DNA from: a virus
Lineage: Duplodnaviria; Caudoviricetes
IMG/VR virus record: IMGVR_UViG_2894272399_000002
Span: 17,174 to 81,173 of that record
DNA: 64,000 nucleotides
Direction: 5' to 3' (one strand)
Made by a program: the position numbers and the translations under genes. This document shows positions 28,643 to 37,538 of this stretch, one piece after another (position 1 is the stretch's first letter; each line of letters starts with the position of its first letter). The notes beneath the pieces are model-generated. The model was not told the DNA's origin. It worked only from the letters and a program-made list of their open reading frames with translations, and made no database searches.

Positions 28643-30328
28643 ATGCCAAAGTTTTCAGTCGAAGGCTGGGACGGCGAACATTTCAAAAGGACGGAGGTTT
28701 TCGCCAAACAGGTTCGGAATATTTACCTTGCTGCAATCCGGGAAGCAATCCGTATGGGGTTGTCTGTTAATTACGACCCGAGCAAACCGTTCTCGTTCTC
28801 CAAATTCCCAGTCTTAAATCAGCGGGTCAAAAAGCTCTTTGGTGACCTATCCGATAAGATCGAAGCTGTCATAACCGATGGCATCAACTCCGAATGGGAG
28901 TTTGCCAACGACAAAAACGACTCGTTTCTTAATAGTGTCCTGAAAACCGACAAGATGCCTGAGCGGGCGCTGGCCAGGTTAACGGGACGAAACAATGAAG
29001 CACTCGTTCAGTTCCAGCAGCGACGGACAAACGGACTCGGCTTATCCGACCGGGTATGGAACACGAACCAGCAATTCCGGTCCGAGTTAGAAATGGCCTT
29101 GGAGCTTGGCATTGCCGACGGACGATCAGCTGATCAACTCAGCCGTGATATCCGTTCTTACCTGGAAGACCCAGACAAGCTTTTTCGAAGAATAAGGGAG
29201 CGAGAGAACGGGCCGCTGCGATTGTCCCAACATGCCAAGAATTACAAGCCCGGACGCGGTGTTTACCGAAGCTCGTATAAAAACGCTCTTCGCCTGACTC
29301 GTACGGAGATCAATATGGCTTACAGGGAGTCCGATTTTGCCCGCTGGAAGAACTTTGACTTCGTTGTTGGGATAGAGGTTAGGCGTAGTAATAACCCCTA
29401 CCCTTGCATTGTTTGCGAGAGTTTAAAAGGCCGCTACCCAAAAACATTCAAGTTCAGATCCTGGCATCCGCAATGCCGCTGTCATGCCATTTCAATTCTG
29501 GCCACGGAGAAGGAGATCAATGAGATGGAGTTGAAAATGCTCAATGGGGAAGATACTTCGGAATTTGTCAGTAAAAATGAGGTTAGGGAAATGCCCGCCG
29601 GACTTACCAGCTGGATTAACGACAATAAGCAACGACTTCTTTCCTCAGCAAGTCAGCCGTATTTTATACAGGACAACTTTAAAGGCGGGCATCTTTCCGG
29701 AGGATTAAAATTAACGTTGCCCGGCGATCCAATTGATCCATACATCAAAGCAACCAGATCGAAAGAAAACGTTTTTGCGAGACGATCCACCGATATTGCG
29801 AAAGCACTGAGAGTGAAAGTTACTGACGTGAACAAGAAATCGATCAGTCGAATTGTGGAGAAAGCGAATGCGGACTACGGCGGCGATATAACCCAAGTTC
29901 ACGACATCATTAGAAATACCTTTATCTCATCAACTCTGGTTTCTCCTGAGGATATCCTCGACAAAGTCAATGAAGAATTCCAGGTAATCAAAGTGAAAGA
30001 ACAATCAGCAAGTAAAGATCCTATGGGATATAGCGGGATTCTTGTTCAAGTCCTTTTAGAAAAGAACATTTTTGCAGAAATCCAGATCAATACACCGCAG
30101 ATGATTTACGCAAAAGAAGCAAATGCAAAAGAAATTCTCGGGGATGACTTATTCGAGGAAATTCAAGCCGCTTCAGGACTGGAACACGGCCTTGGACATG
30201 CTTATTATGAAGAATACCGAACCATTGACCAGTCCACAAGTAAAGGGAAAGAATTGGCTCTTAAAGTGATGGACAAATCGAAAAAATACTATGAGAAGCT
30301 TCGATCCGCGGCATTAAAATCAAAATGA
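28643..30328 (+). CDS. MuF/SPP1 gp7-like head morphogenesis protein with C-terminal RelA/SpoT-type synthetase toxin domain (Apk2-like)
   Basis: MuF motifs RLTRTE...C..C..L.G.Y...WHPQCRC; C-domain KS..RIVEK, DIIR, GYSG, EIQINT, GH..YE. Confidence 0.85.
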   Translation: MPKFSVEGWDGEHFKRTEVFAKQVRNIYLAAIREAIRMGLSVNYDPSKPFSFSKFPVLNQRVKKLFGDLSDKIEAVITDGINSEWEFANDKNDSFLNSVLKTDKMPERALARLTGRNNEALVQFQQRRTNGLGLSDRVWNTNQQFRSELEMALELGIADGRSADQLSRDIRSYLEDPDKLFRRIRERENGPLRLSQHAKNYKPGRGVYRSSYKNALRLTRTEINMAYRESDFARWKNFDFVVGIEVRRSNNPYPCIVCESLKGRYPKTFKFRSWHPQCRCHAISILATEKEINEMELKMLNGEDTSEFVSKNEVREMPAGLTSWINDNKQRLLSSASQPYFIQDNFKGGHLSGGLKLTLPGDPIDPYIKATRSKENVFARRSTDIAKALRVKVTDVNKKSISRIVEKANADYGGDITQVHDIIRNTFISSTLVSPEDILDKVNEEFQVIKVKEQSASKDPMGYSGILVQVLLEKNIFAEIQINTPQMIYAKEANAKEILGDDLFEEIQAASGLEHGLGHAYYEEYRTIDQSTSKGKELALKVMDKSKKYYEKLRSAALKSK

Positions 30329-30556
30329 ATCGTACGCAGACTTTTCAATTTCGTCCATTCCGAGAATAGCATCAAACACAATCCTGTTGCTGCGCTCTGT
30401 GGGGAATTCTTTCTTGCCTTTAAATTTTCGAAAGTATTGTCGCGTACCATTCTCGGTAATCCACCGGATCGCCGCGTCTTCGTAATCGTTTAAGAGGTAA
30501 GCTTCTGGCTTGTCTTCTAACTCCAAAACCGCCTCACTCGGGTCTTTTATCTTCAT
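30320..30556 (-). CDS. Putative immunity protein for the MuF toxin
   Basis: 78 aa abutting the toxin 3' end with a 9-bp convergent overlap. YLLNDYEDAAIR...ILG..EI.KS.YD resembles, from memory, small proteins downstream of Bacteroidota MuF-Apk2 genes. Confidence 0.55.
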   Translation of the reverse strand: MKIKDPSEAVLELEDKPEAYLLNDYEDAAIRWITENGTRQYFRKFKGKKEFPTERSNRIVFDAILGMDEIEKSAYDSF

Positions 30557-30576
30557 GACTTAAAGTTAATGAATTT

Positions 30577-30783
30577 TCATTTTTTTTTCGAAAATAGATG
30601 CGCCCACTGTTTCCGGTATTCATCCATTTTCTCAAAGGTAATACCATAATCGTTGAGCCTGTCATCGGTTATCGGCAGCCCGTCTCGCTCCATTTCCAAC
30701 AGGGATAGTGCGCGCAGGCTTCTGTCAGTTTCTTCTGAAACTTTGAATTCAGCATGCATGGCGGTGGTTAGTTCTTCTTTCAT
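30577..30783 (-). CDS. Hypothetical protein
   Basis: ORF in a leftward run of small genes. Confidence 0.55.
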   Translation of the reverse strand: MKEELTTAMHAEFKVSEETDRSLRALSLLEMERDGLPITDDRLNDYGITFEKMDEYRKQWAHLFSKKK

Positions 30784-30812
30784 TTATTAAGATTGTGGAC
30801 ATAAGTCCTTTT

Positions 30813-31133
30813 TTATTCGTTGATTATTTCCAGAATCCTCTCCAGTTGCGAATCGTTAAGCTTTTCAAAATTACAAATCCGGATATCCCGCAAGTTTATC
30901 GTCCGAAGGTGTTTCTGTTTCAACTCGTCAGTAGGCAGAAAAAAAGATCCATCAAAAGGTGATCCACCGATCTGAGACAAATATTTCCCGTTGTGCTCTC
31001 TTTTGAATTTAAAATGATTCGCAAATGCCGATTTATCCGTGACCCTATCAATAGTAATCACTCTGACAACCTCTCTGGAACCGACTTGGTAAATATCGTC
31101 CCCTACGTTGAGTAAAAGCTTTTCTGCTACCAT
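30813..31133 (-). CDS. Hypothetical phage protein
   Basis: SH3-like N-terminus (LNVGDDIY); ends L.DSQLERI. Confidence 0.6.
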   Translation of the reverse strand: MVAEKLLLNVGDDIYQVGSREVVRVITIDRVTDKSAFANHFKFKREHNGKYLSQIGGSPFDGSFFLPTDELKQKHLRTINLRDIRICNFEKLNDSQLERILEIINE

Positions 31134-31171
31134 GATGAAAATGTGTAAATGATATTATCCGAATCTCATTT

Positions 31172-31450
31172 TTAAATAAACTGCTCCTCCCGGATAACCG
31201 GCCGAAACTCTCCAAAGAAATCCCCGAACGTGGCATATTTCGAACCTCCTGCTTCCTTTTCCTCCTTTGCCGCTTCAAAGCAAAACAGCGCGTCGTCGTC
31301 CCCGTAATAGTACTGCTTCACTCCGGGAGTTTCGACTATCTCGGGCACCCAGACTTCCGAAACTGCTTCTTCCAGCGTCGAACCCGGGTACAATTGGGCG
31401 TAATTGAAAATCCTTTCAAGTGTTTCGAGTGGGAATAGTGTGGTGTTCAT
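31172..31450 (-). CDS. Hypothetical protein
   Basis: ORF in leftward run. Confidence 0.55.
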   Translation of the reverse strand: MNTTLFPLETLERIFNYAQLYPGSTLEEAVSEVWVPEIVETPGVKQYYYGDDDALFCFEAAKEEKEAGGSKYATFGDFFGEFRPVIREEQFI

Positions 31451-31474
31451 ATGATTATTTAGGTTGAAAGTGTT

Positions 31475-31777
31475 TTAGAATACGATGTCAAAATCTCCTT
31501 CAATAATCTTATAATCGTTATGAAGAATTTTTTCCGTTATTAATCTCCTGATACGATCTACAGCGGCCTCATAAGAAAGATTTTGATTTTTTGGTGGTAA
31601 CGGAAGCGACACCAAATAGACGGATTGTTCGATACTCGCCGCAAGAAGTCCGCGGTTGACGACTTTAAATACGACGTCCACATGTGAATCTTTAAATAAC
31701 ACCTGTAAAACCAACAATTTAACCTCTTCTCGCGTGATTCGATTAAAAAACTTCAATGGTATTGTTATAGAGTTCAT
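31475..31777 (-). CDS. Hypothetical protein
   Basis: ORF in leftward run. Confidence 0.5.
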   Translation of the reverse strand: MNSITIPLKFFNRITREEVKLLVLQVLFKDSHVDVVFKVVNRGLLAASIEQSVYLVSLPLPPKNQNLSYEAAVDRIRRLITEKILHNDYKIIEGDFDIVF

Positions 31778-31806
31778 AATTTAGTCGATCGTTTTTAAAC
31801 TGTAAT

Positions 31807-32214
31807 ATGCCTGGAACCGAAACCATCATCAAGATTGAACGAACTGTCTTCAAGACTATGAAATTCAGCGCGACTGAATATATTGGATACTTGATTCAGA
31901 CTTCCGACCAACTGATCAAAATTGGAATCCTGAATGACCCGGAAGACCTGTATCGTTCCGGATGTCAAGCCTCATCTGATGATCTCGCCGAGTTTATCGG
32001 TTCTCCCCTGCTCTCAATTTCCGTTTCAGAACAAGAAGTAATGCCAATCGCACTACCAGAGATAGAAGATTTCGAATTGGCAAATTTTAAACACGTTAAC
32101 ATTGAAACGTCCCTCGGATTACTTCAAATCACCTTTTACAACGTATCTAATAAATATTTAGACCGGGAGTTTGTCATACTGAGTAAACAAGTCAATATCC
32201 AGGATACGATTTAA
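31807..32214 (+). CDS. Hypothetical protein
   Basis: 135-aa ORF filling the gap on the plus strand. Confidence 0.55.
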   Translation: MPGTETIIKIERTVFKTMKFSATEYIGYLIQTSDQLIKIGILNDPEDLYRSGCQASSDDLAEFIGSPLLSISVSEQEVMPIALPEIEDFELANFKHVNIETSLGLLQITFYNVSNKYLDREFVILSKQVNIQDTI

Positions 32215-32224
32215 TGAAGTTAAT

Positions 32225-32584
32225 TTATGTCTTCACCGGCACCCCAATCAATACCTCTCTTGTGCAATCTCCATTCAAATAATCCACCGCAAGAACCGCA
32301 ATCGCCCGGCCTTGAACAGTTCGCAAAGTCGGTGAAATGTCTGTGTAATTCCTTTTATCATCAACCAGGATGTCGATTGCCTCCTCGTAACCTTCCTTGA
32401 TCGCCGCGTTTTTCAACAACTTCATTTCTGGTTTGTTAAGCTTGTCATAGATCAAAGTGATGGTTTCCTCGATCTGGTCCTCCGTCGGCACCGTGTTCGC
32501 CCATTTTTCGAGATTTTCGGCTGTCCATTGCTCTAACTTGTCGTGGTACTGATTTTCTGGTGCCTTCATATTATGTGTGTTCAT
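32225..32584 (-). CDS. Hypothetical protein (start may be 32569)
   Basis: Helical acidic ORF. Confidence 0.6.
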   Translation of the reverse strand: MNTHNMKAPENQYHDKLEQWTAENLEKWANTVPTEDQIEETITLIYDKLNKPEMKLLKNAAIKEGYEEAIDILVDDKRNYTDISPTLRTVQGRAIAVLAVDYLNGDCTREVLIGVPVKT

Positions 32585-32588
32585 GCCC

Positions 32589-33017
32589 TCACTTTATGGA
32601 AAGATATAGTTGATACAATTGATCGTCATCCAGCTCTTCCAATTTCCATTTTTTCCACTGGAAGTTGGGTATGCTGTGTCCACCACCTCCATTCTCCATG
32701 TAACCCAACTCCGAAAGCCTATTGCTGTGGTTCATTGATGGCACTGTGCCCGCGACCATGTTTACCAGGTCAGATTTATTAACCCCTAACGTTAGAATTT
32801 CTGCAAAATCATCAAAAACTCTCGTCTTAGCGACTTCGATCAAAACCCATTTTTCGATCTCTGACAATTCAATTCGCCCGTTGCAATCATCTGAGAAATA
32901 AACTTGTCCGCTTTCCCACTGGAAATACCCGGTGCACACTGTGCCATCTTTAAACAAGGCAAAGATCTCTTTATCGATTGGCAATCCGGTTTGTAAAACT
33001 TCACCTTGTGTGCTCAT
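32589..33017 (-). CDS. Hypothetical protein
   Basis: 142-aa ORF. Confidence 0.55.
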   Translation of the reverse strand: MSTQGEVLQTGLPIDKEIFALFKDGTVCTGYFQWESGQVYFSDDCNGRIELSEIEKWVLIEVAKTRVFDDFAEILTLGVNKSDLVNMVAGTVPSMNHSNRLSELGYMENGGGGHSIPNFQWKKWKLEELDDDQLYQLYLSIK

Positions 33018-33042
33018 AGTGGTATATCAAATATTTGAATTG

Positions 33043-33486
33043 TCACGATATCGGCAAATCATTAAAATCATCCGGAATTTCCAGCTGACCCTTCAAACTA
33101 CCAAGCGATACCCCGCCCTCGTTTTTCACTTTCTCAATCTCCTCCTTCAAATACGCAATGTAATTGTTCCGAGACGCCAACACTTCCCTGCCTTGCTCCT
33201 CTGTCAATTCAAAACGGCCGCGCTTGTCCGGATCATCAAGCAAAAAGAACTCAACTTTGTAACTTGAATCCGAATGTTCGAACCGGTGAGGGTGGATTCC
33301 TAGATCGTGGAACAACGGCATCAGAAAAGGTGATGTTACTGGGCCAGATGCATCCCCACCGAATCTCTTGTAAAATTCAGCAAGAGCGAGCTTGTATTCC
33401 GTCTCGAAAACATTCTCCACCTGAAAGACATCGGACTTGAAAAACTCAAGAAGTTCCTTAGGAGGTATCGCATCTGTAAATCTCAT
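33043..33486 (-). CDS. Hypothetical protein with DUF2281-antitoxin-like C-terminal motif
   Basis: Ends LGSLKGQLEIPDDFNDLP. Confidence 0.5.
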   Translation of the reverse strand: MRFTDAIPPKELLEFFKSDVFQVENVFETEYKLALAEFYKRFGGDASGPVTSPFLMPLFHDLGIHPHRFEHSDSSYKVEFFLLDDPDKRGRFELTEEQGREVLASRNNYIAYLKEEIEKVKNEGGVSLGSLKGQLEIPDDFNDLPIS

Positions 33487-33521
33487 TTTTAGCTAAGGCG
33501 GTTTAATTCAAAGATAAGGAA

Positions 33522-35108
33522 TTAACAAACTGGTTCTTTGCTCGACTTTCTTTTTGCGAAACCTTTCCAGGTCTCAGCAGGTAATGGATTACCCTTTGCT
33601 TTGCTGTATGCCTGGTTTAGCCTTGCCCAATCCTCAATATTCAAGAATTCAAAGTGACCTGTCCCTTTCTTGAAAACTTTAAACCGAAAGAAGCCCCACT
33701 CGTACCAAGTGTTGGGCTTAAAATACCCGTAACCTGATGGTTTTGGGTATGGAAGGGTTTGTCGATTATACTTCCCCGTCCGTCGCTCTTCAGCAGCCCG
33801 CATTTCCAGAATTTCCGTCTGGGTATCTTGGGGCAATGAAGAATCCCCGATTGGGGGCATTCTGTTGTAATCCTTACCAGTTAGGAAGCACAGTGCTTTA
33901 ACAAGATCAATTATCTGAGAAAATTTGCCCTGGTGAGTATTTATTTTCACTCCATTATTCCCTTCCCAAGCATATTGGTATTCACAAATATAGGGCGTGA
34001 TAAATTTCTGGTTCAATAGGTTACCTGCGTTCGTTTTCCACCCTGGCAAGTTGAATCTGTTCTCATCAGTATACATTGTAAAGTTGTCTACGGCCTCGAC
34101 AATAGCTTTTTCCATATTCTCCCCGGAAGTTCCCACGATCGTCTCTACCATCCGAAAAATATTTTTCATGGTGAATGGGTAATTCAATCGACTTTCAACG
34201 TATTCGTTCACCTTTGACATCACTCCTCTTGTCAGGTATTTTTCAAGATCAAACTTTGCGAAAACAATCTTCCAGCACTTCTTCTGCAGGGTTCTGGCAA
34301 ATGTGGCTTTGTCGACTATCTCGCCCTTATCATGCCCCCTGTCATCGATATCAGTGCTTGACACCTTGTAATTAAAACCTCCGTGGGTACCAAACCCCAC
34401 CGCCTTACATATTCCATTTAGTTCGTTTCCCACGTCGGCGAATTTATCAAAACACCGCACTGCGCCTGTATAATTATTGACTAGCGCTTGAATTTCGTTG
34501 TAACGGATCACACCGGAGACATCGTTCAGTTCCGGCATATCGTAGTAGAATCCTTCAAAGGCTTCATTGCTCGCAGATACCGGCTTGAATAACCTGATAA
34601 TCGCAATCGACACATCCGTTACTCGCTCAGCTCGTTTGTAAGCCCCGTCGTAATGCTCCACACCCCCATAGCTTGCAATCAACGATTTAAGCTCTTTGCG
34701 CTTTTGACTGTACGGGTTGTTGATGGTTTCTGCGTTGCATTGGGAAACGATTTCGCACCCTTCCGGCGCAATATTCCACGCATGTAAGATGTGTTGATCT
34801 GCATTTGAATAGGGTGGGTTCATAAGTATCATCTGCACATGGCTAATGCTTTCTGATGTTGCCTGGAACCAATCAGAACCGATTACAGGATATTTTGTGG
34901 ATAACAGGGCACGGAGCTCGTCGTTTTTTTCAATGCCTTCAACAGAATAAGCCCCTGAAGCGAAAGCATATCTTAAAATATTCCCTTTCCCTGCCGACGG
35001 ATCAAGAACCCTTTTTCCGTAACAATCAACATTCATCGCCTCCCAGGCTTCTTTACTACAAGGATAAAATTCAGGATCAAACATAACACTCTTCATTTGC
35101 GACATCAT
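33522..35108 (-). CDS. N6-adenine DNA methyltransferase with DUF4942-like C-terminal domain
   Basis: EFYP, VLDPSAGKG (motif I), NPPY (motif IV); GWKTN and FKKGTGHFEF. Confidence 0.85.
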   Translation of the reverse strand: MMSQMKSVMFDPEFYPCSKEAWEAMNVDCYGKRVLDPSAGKGNILRYAFASGAYSVEGIEKNDELRALLSTKYPVIGSDWFQATSESISHVQMILMNPPYSNADQHILHAWNIAPEGCEIVSQCNAETINNPYSQKRKELKSLIASYGGVEHYDGAYKRAERVTDVSIAIIRLFKPVSASNEAFEGFYYDMPELNDVSGVIRYNEIQALVNNYTGAVRCFDKFADVGNELNGICKAVGFGTHGGFNYKVSSTDIDDRGHDKGEIVDKATFARTLQKKCWKIVFAKFDLEKYLTRGVMSKVNEYVESRLNYPFTMKNIFRMVETIVGTSGENMEKAIVEAVDNFTMYTDENRFNLPGWKTNAGNLLNQKFITPYICEYQYAWEGNNGVKINTHQGKFSQIIDLVKALCFLTGKDYNRMPPIGDSSLPQDTQTEILEMRAAEERRTGKYNRQTLPYPKPSGYGYFKPNTWYEWGFFRFKVFKKGTGHFEFLNIEDWARLNQAYSKAKGNPLPAETWKGFAKRKSSKEPVC

Positions 35109-35113
35109 AAAAG

Positions 35114-35163
35114 TACAACAATAGTTTTACTTATACAACTTTTGTTTTACTTTCTTATCTTTG
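35114..35163 (+). promoter_or_regulatory. Tandem operators plus -7 element for the HTH gene
   Basis: TACAACAATAGTTTTACTT (35114) and TACAACTTTTGTTTTACTT (35134); TATCTTTG at 35156-35163. Confidence 0.6.
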
Positions 35164-35167
35164 GAGC

Positions 35168-35383
35168 ATGAAAATGGAGGAATATCTGAAAAGTGGGTTA
35201 TCTATCAACCTCAATGAAGTTGCAAAACGCATGTGGCCTAACAACCCGAGCGCAAAAACTTATATGAGTGCTAAATTGAATGGTAAAGAGAAAAAGTGGA
35301 CACCAAAGGATACCGAAAAGGCTAAACAAGTTTTACGGGAGCTTTATCAAAGTGGACTTAATCAAATCGACAACTTAAAGTAA
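35168..35383 (+). CDS. Small HTH transcriptional regulator
   Basis: NLNEVAKRMW...TYMSAKLNG XRE-like HTH. Confidence 0.7.
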   Translation: MKMEEYLKSGLSINLNEVAKRMWPNNPSAKTYMSAKLNGKEKKWTPKDTEKAKQVLRELYQSGLNQIDNLK

Positions 35384-35384
35384 C

Positions 35385-35603
35385 CTACCTCTCCCCTTCC
35401 AAGATCCGCTTCACCTCCATCAAATGCGGATAGTAATTCGTCCCCTTCCCGCCATCCGGATTAATTTTCATCAACCGTATCCGATCGTTGACCCATTGCT
35501 TGGATATTTCGGTGGTGTAACCCATCATTTGTACCCACTGGGTTGTAATCTCCAATTTCTCAAAATACCGCTCCAACTCCAAAATATCTTTCAACGTAGC
35601 CAT
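35385..35603 (-). CDS. Hypothetical protein
   Basis: 72-aa ORF divergent from umuD. Confidence 0.55.
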   Translation of the reverse strand: MATLKDILELERYFEKLEITTQWVQMMGYTTEISKQWVNDRIRLMKINPDGGKGTNYYPHLMEVKRILEGER

Positions 35604-35649
35604 CTCACATTTCCTTTTTCATTTCAACACGCAAAATTTAACATCATTT

Positions 35650-35679
35650 GGATCATTTCCAAATTTTAGGAATTATTCC
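35650..35679. promoter_or_regulatory. Two GGA-N5-TCC SOS boxes (Bacteroidota non-canonical LexA-type)
   Basis: GGATCATTTCC at 35650-35660 (within TTTG...CAAA) and GGAATTATTCC at 35669-35679, upstream of umuD. Confidence 0.72.
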
Positions 35680-35738
35680 ATTTTTTTCTTGACAAGTTGG
35701 CTCAAGCTTGTTCACCTTTGCATAAAATCAGCGAGGAC

Positions 35739-36203
35739 ATGGGAGCGTTAGCCATTATTGAAACCGAGAACTTAGATGTGTTTGCCTGCCCACAGCAGCG
35801 ACCTATTATTTTACCACTAATTCCGGGCATCAGTGCCGGATTCCCCTCCCCCGCGGCTGATTTCATTGATTTAAACATCGATCTCTCAAAAGAAATCGTC
35901 AAAAACCCTTCATCAACATTCTTTGGTCGTGTTAAAGGCGACAGCATGCACGGGGCTGGCATCGACGACGGTGATATCATGGTCGTCGATAAAAGCCTTT
36001 CGTGTAAAGAAGGCGACATTGCTGTTTGCTTTGTGGACGGCGAATTCACGGTTAAACGGATCCGTTTCGAAAAAGACGCATGCTGGCTGATTGCCGAAAA
36101 CGACAAATACCCTCCTATCCGAGTAACCGATGATAACGAAATGGTAATCTGGGGAATAGTAATCAGCGTAATTAAATTCTTCGGACATGTTCGCCCTCGT
36201 TGA
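35739..36203 (+). CDS. umuD: UmuD-like S24 autoprotease (Pol V accessory)
   Basis: SAGFPSPA cleavage site, GDSM serine, FTVKR lysine. Confidence 0.93.
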   Translation: MGALAIIETENLDVFACPQQRPIILPLIPGISAGFPSPAADFIDLNIDLSKEIVKNPSSTFFGRVKGDSMHGAGIDDGDIMVVDKSLSCKEGDIAVCFVDGEFTVKRIRFEKDACWLIAENDKYPPIRVTDDNEMVIWGIVISVIKFFGHVRPR

Positions 36204-37449
36204 CTGCAATAATTTTTACGCTAGTTGTGAGCGGTTGTTTCGGCCTGAACTGAACGGTAAGCCGGTGGTGGTGCTTTCCAACAATGACGGGTGCGTGATT
36301 GCGCGGAGCAACGAAGCGAAAGCCCTGGGCATTGAAATGGGTGCGCCCGCGTTTCTGTTTGAAAAAAAGTTCAAAGAGCAGCACATCAACGTGTTCAGCA
36401 GCAACTATGCACTTTACGGTGATATGAGCAGCCGGGTAATGACTATTCTTTCCAAATACTCACCAGATGTCGAAGTCTATTCGATTGACGAAGCGTTTTT
36501 GAAGTTCGACGGCTTTAAGCTCTTCGATCTTAAAAAGATCGGCGAGCAAATGAGAAAGGAAGTCACAAAAAGCACAGGGATACCTATCAGTGTCGGCATT
36601 GCCCCGACAAAAGCGCTGGCCAAGCTTGCAAACAAGATCGCCAAGAAGTTCCCTAAGCAGACCGGTGGGGTTCACGCGATCGATACGCAGGATAAACTGA
36701 TCAGAGCAATCGCCTTTTTCAAAATCGGGGACGTTTGGGGCATTGGCCGACAGCACGAGAAGCGGTTAAAAGCAGTGGGGGTTGAATCGATTTTAGATTT
36801 CACGCTCTTGCCGGAAGATTGGGTTAAAAAACAGATGTCGGTTGTAGGGCTCAGGCTTCAAAAGGAACTTGCCGGGATCCGCACACTTGACCTAGAAGAC
36901 ACAAAGGACAAAAAGAACATCGCTGTTACCAGGTCTTTCGATGAGAACTATACAGAATACGGGAAAGTAAAGGAGCGGGTAATCACATTTGCCACGATTT
37001 GCGGGGAAAGGCTCAGAAAACAGGATAGTTGTTGTAATGTGATACAGGTCTTTGTGCACACAAATACGTTCAGGCCGGAACAGCCTCAATATAGTCGCTC
37101 CGTCACAATTGACCTTCCATACCCCACAAATAGCAGCATGGAGCTTGCCCATTTTGCCGTGGATGCTTTGCAACGAATCTACAAAGATGGTTACGGCTAC
37201 AAAAAGGCTGGAGTGATCGTGATGGAATTTACCCCGGCAGATAGCAAACAGCAAATGCTGTTTGAAAACTCCGACCCGAAACAGGGCAATTTGATGGCCG
37301 TGCTCGATAAATTAAACAAAGCACTCGGGCAGCAGAAGGTGAAGCTTGCCTCCCAGGATCTTGACAAAGTATGGAAGATGAAACGGGCGAAACTTTCTCC
37401 CAGGTATACCACTCGACTTGATGAAATCATAACGGTGCACTGCCGGTAG
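36187..37449 (+). CDS. umuC: Y-family DNA polymerase V catalytic subunit
   Basis: DCNNFYASCE, SNNDGC, YSIDE; C-terminal W.MKR..LSPRYTT. Confidence 0.95.
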   Translation: MFALVDCNNFYASCERLFRPELNGKPVVVLSNNDGCVIARSNEAKALGIEMGAPAFLFEKKFKEQHINVFSSNYALYGDMSSRVMTILSKYSPDVEVYSIDEAFLKFDGFKLFDLKKIGEQMRKEVTKSTGIPISVGIAPTKALAKLANKIAKKFPKQTGGVHAIDTQDKLIRAIAFFKIGDVWGIGRQHEKRLKAVGVESILDFTLLPEDWVKKQMSVVGLRLQKELAGIRTLDLEDTKDKKNIAVTRSFDENYTEYGKVKERVITFATICGERLRKQDSCCNVIQVFVHTNTFRPEQPQYSRSVTIDLPYPTNSSMELAHFAVDALQRIYKDGYGYKKAGVIVMEFTPADSKQQMLFENSDPKQGNLMAVLDKLNKALGQQKVKLASQDLDKVWKMKRAKLSPRYTTRLDEIITVHCR

Positions 37450-37538
37450 TTTCTCTCTGGCATAATTCTGTTCAATAATTTCTATCAAATAGATTTTTTT
37501 GATAAGTTTATCCAGGGACATTACTCAGACAGATCACT

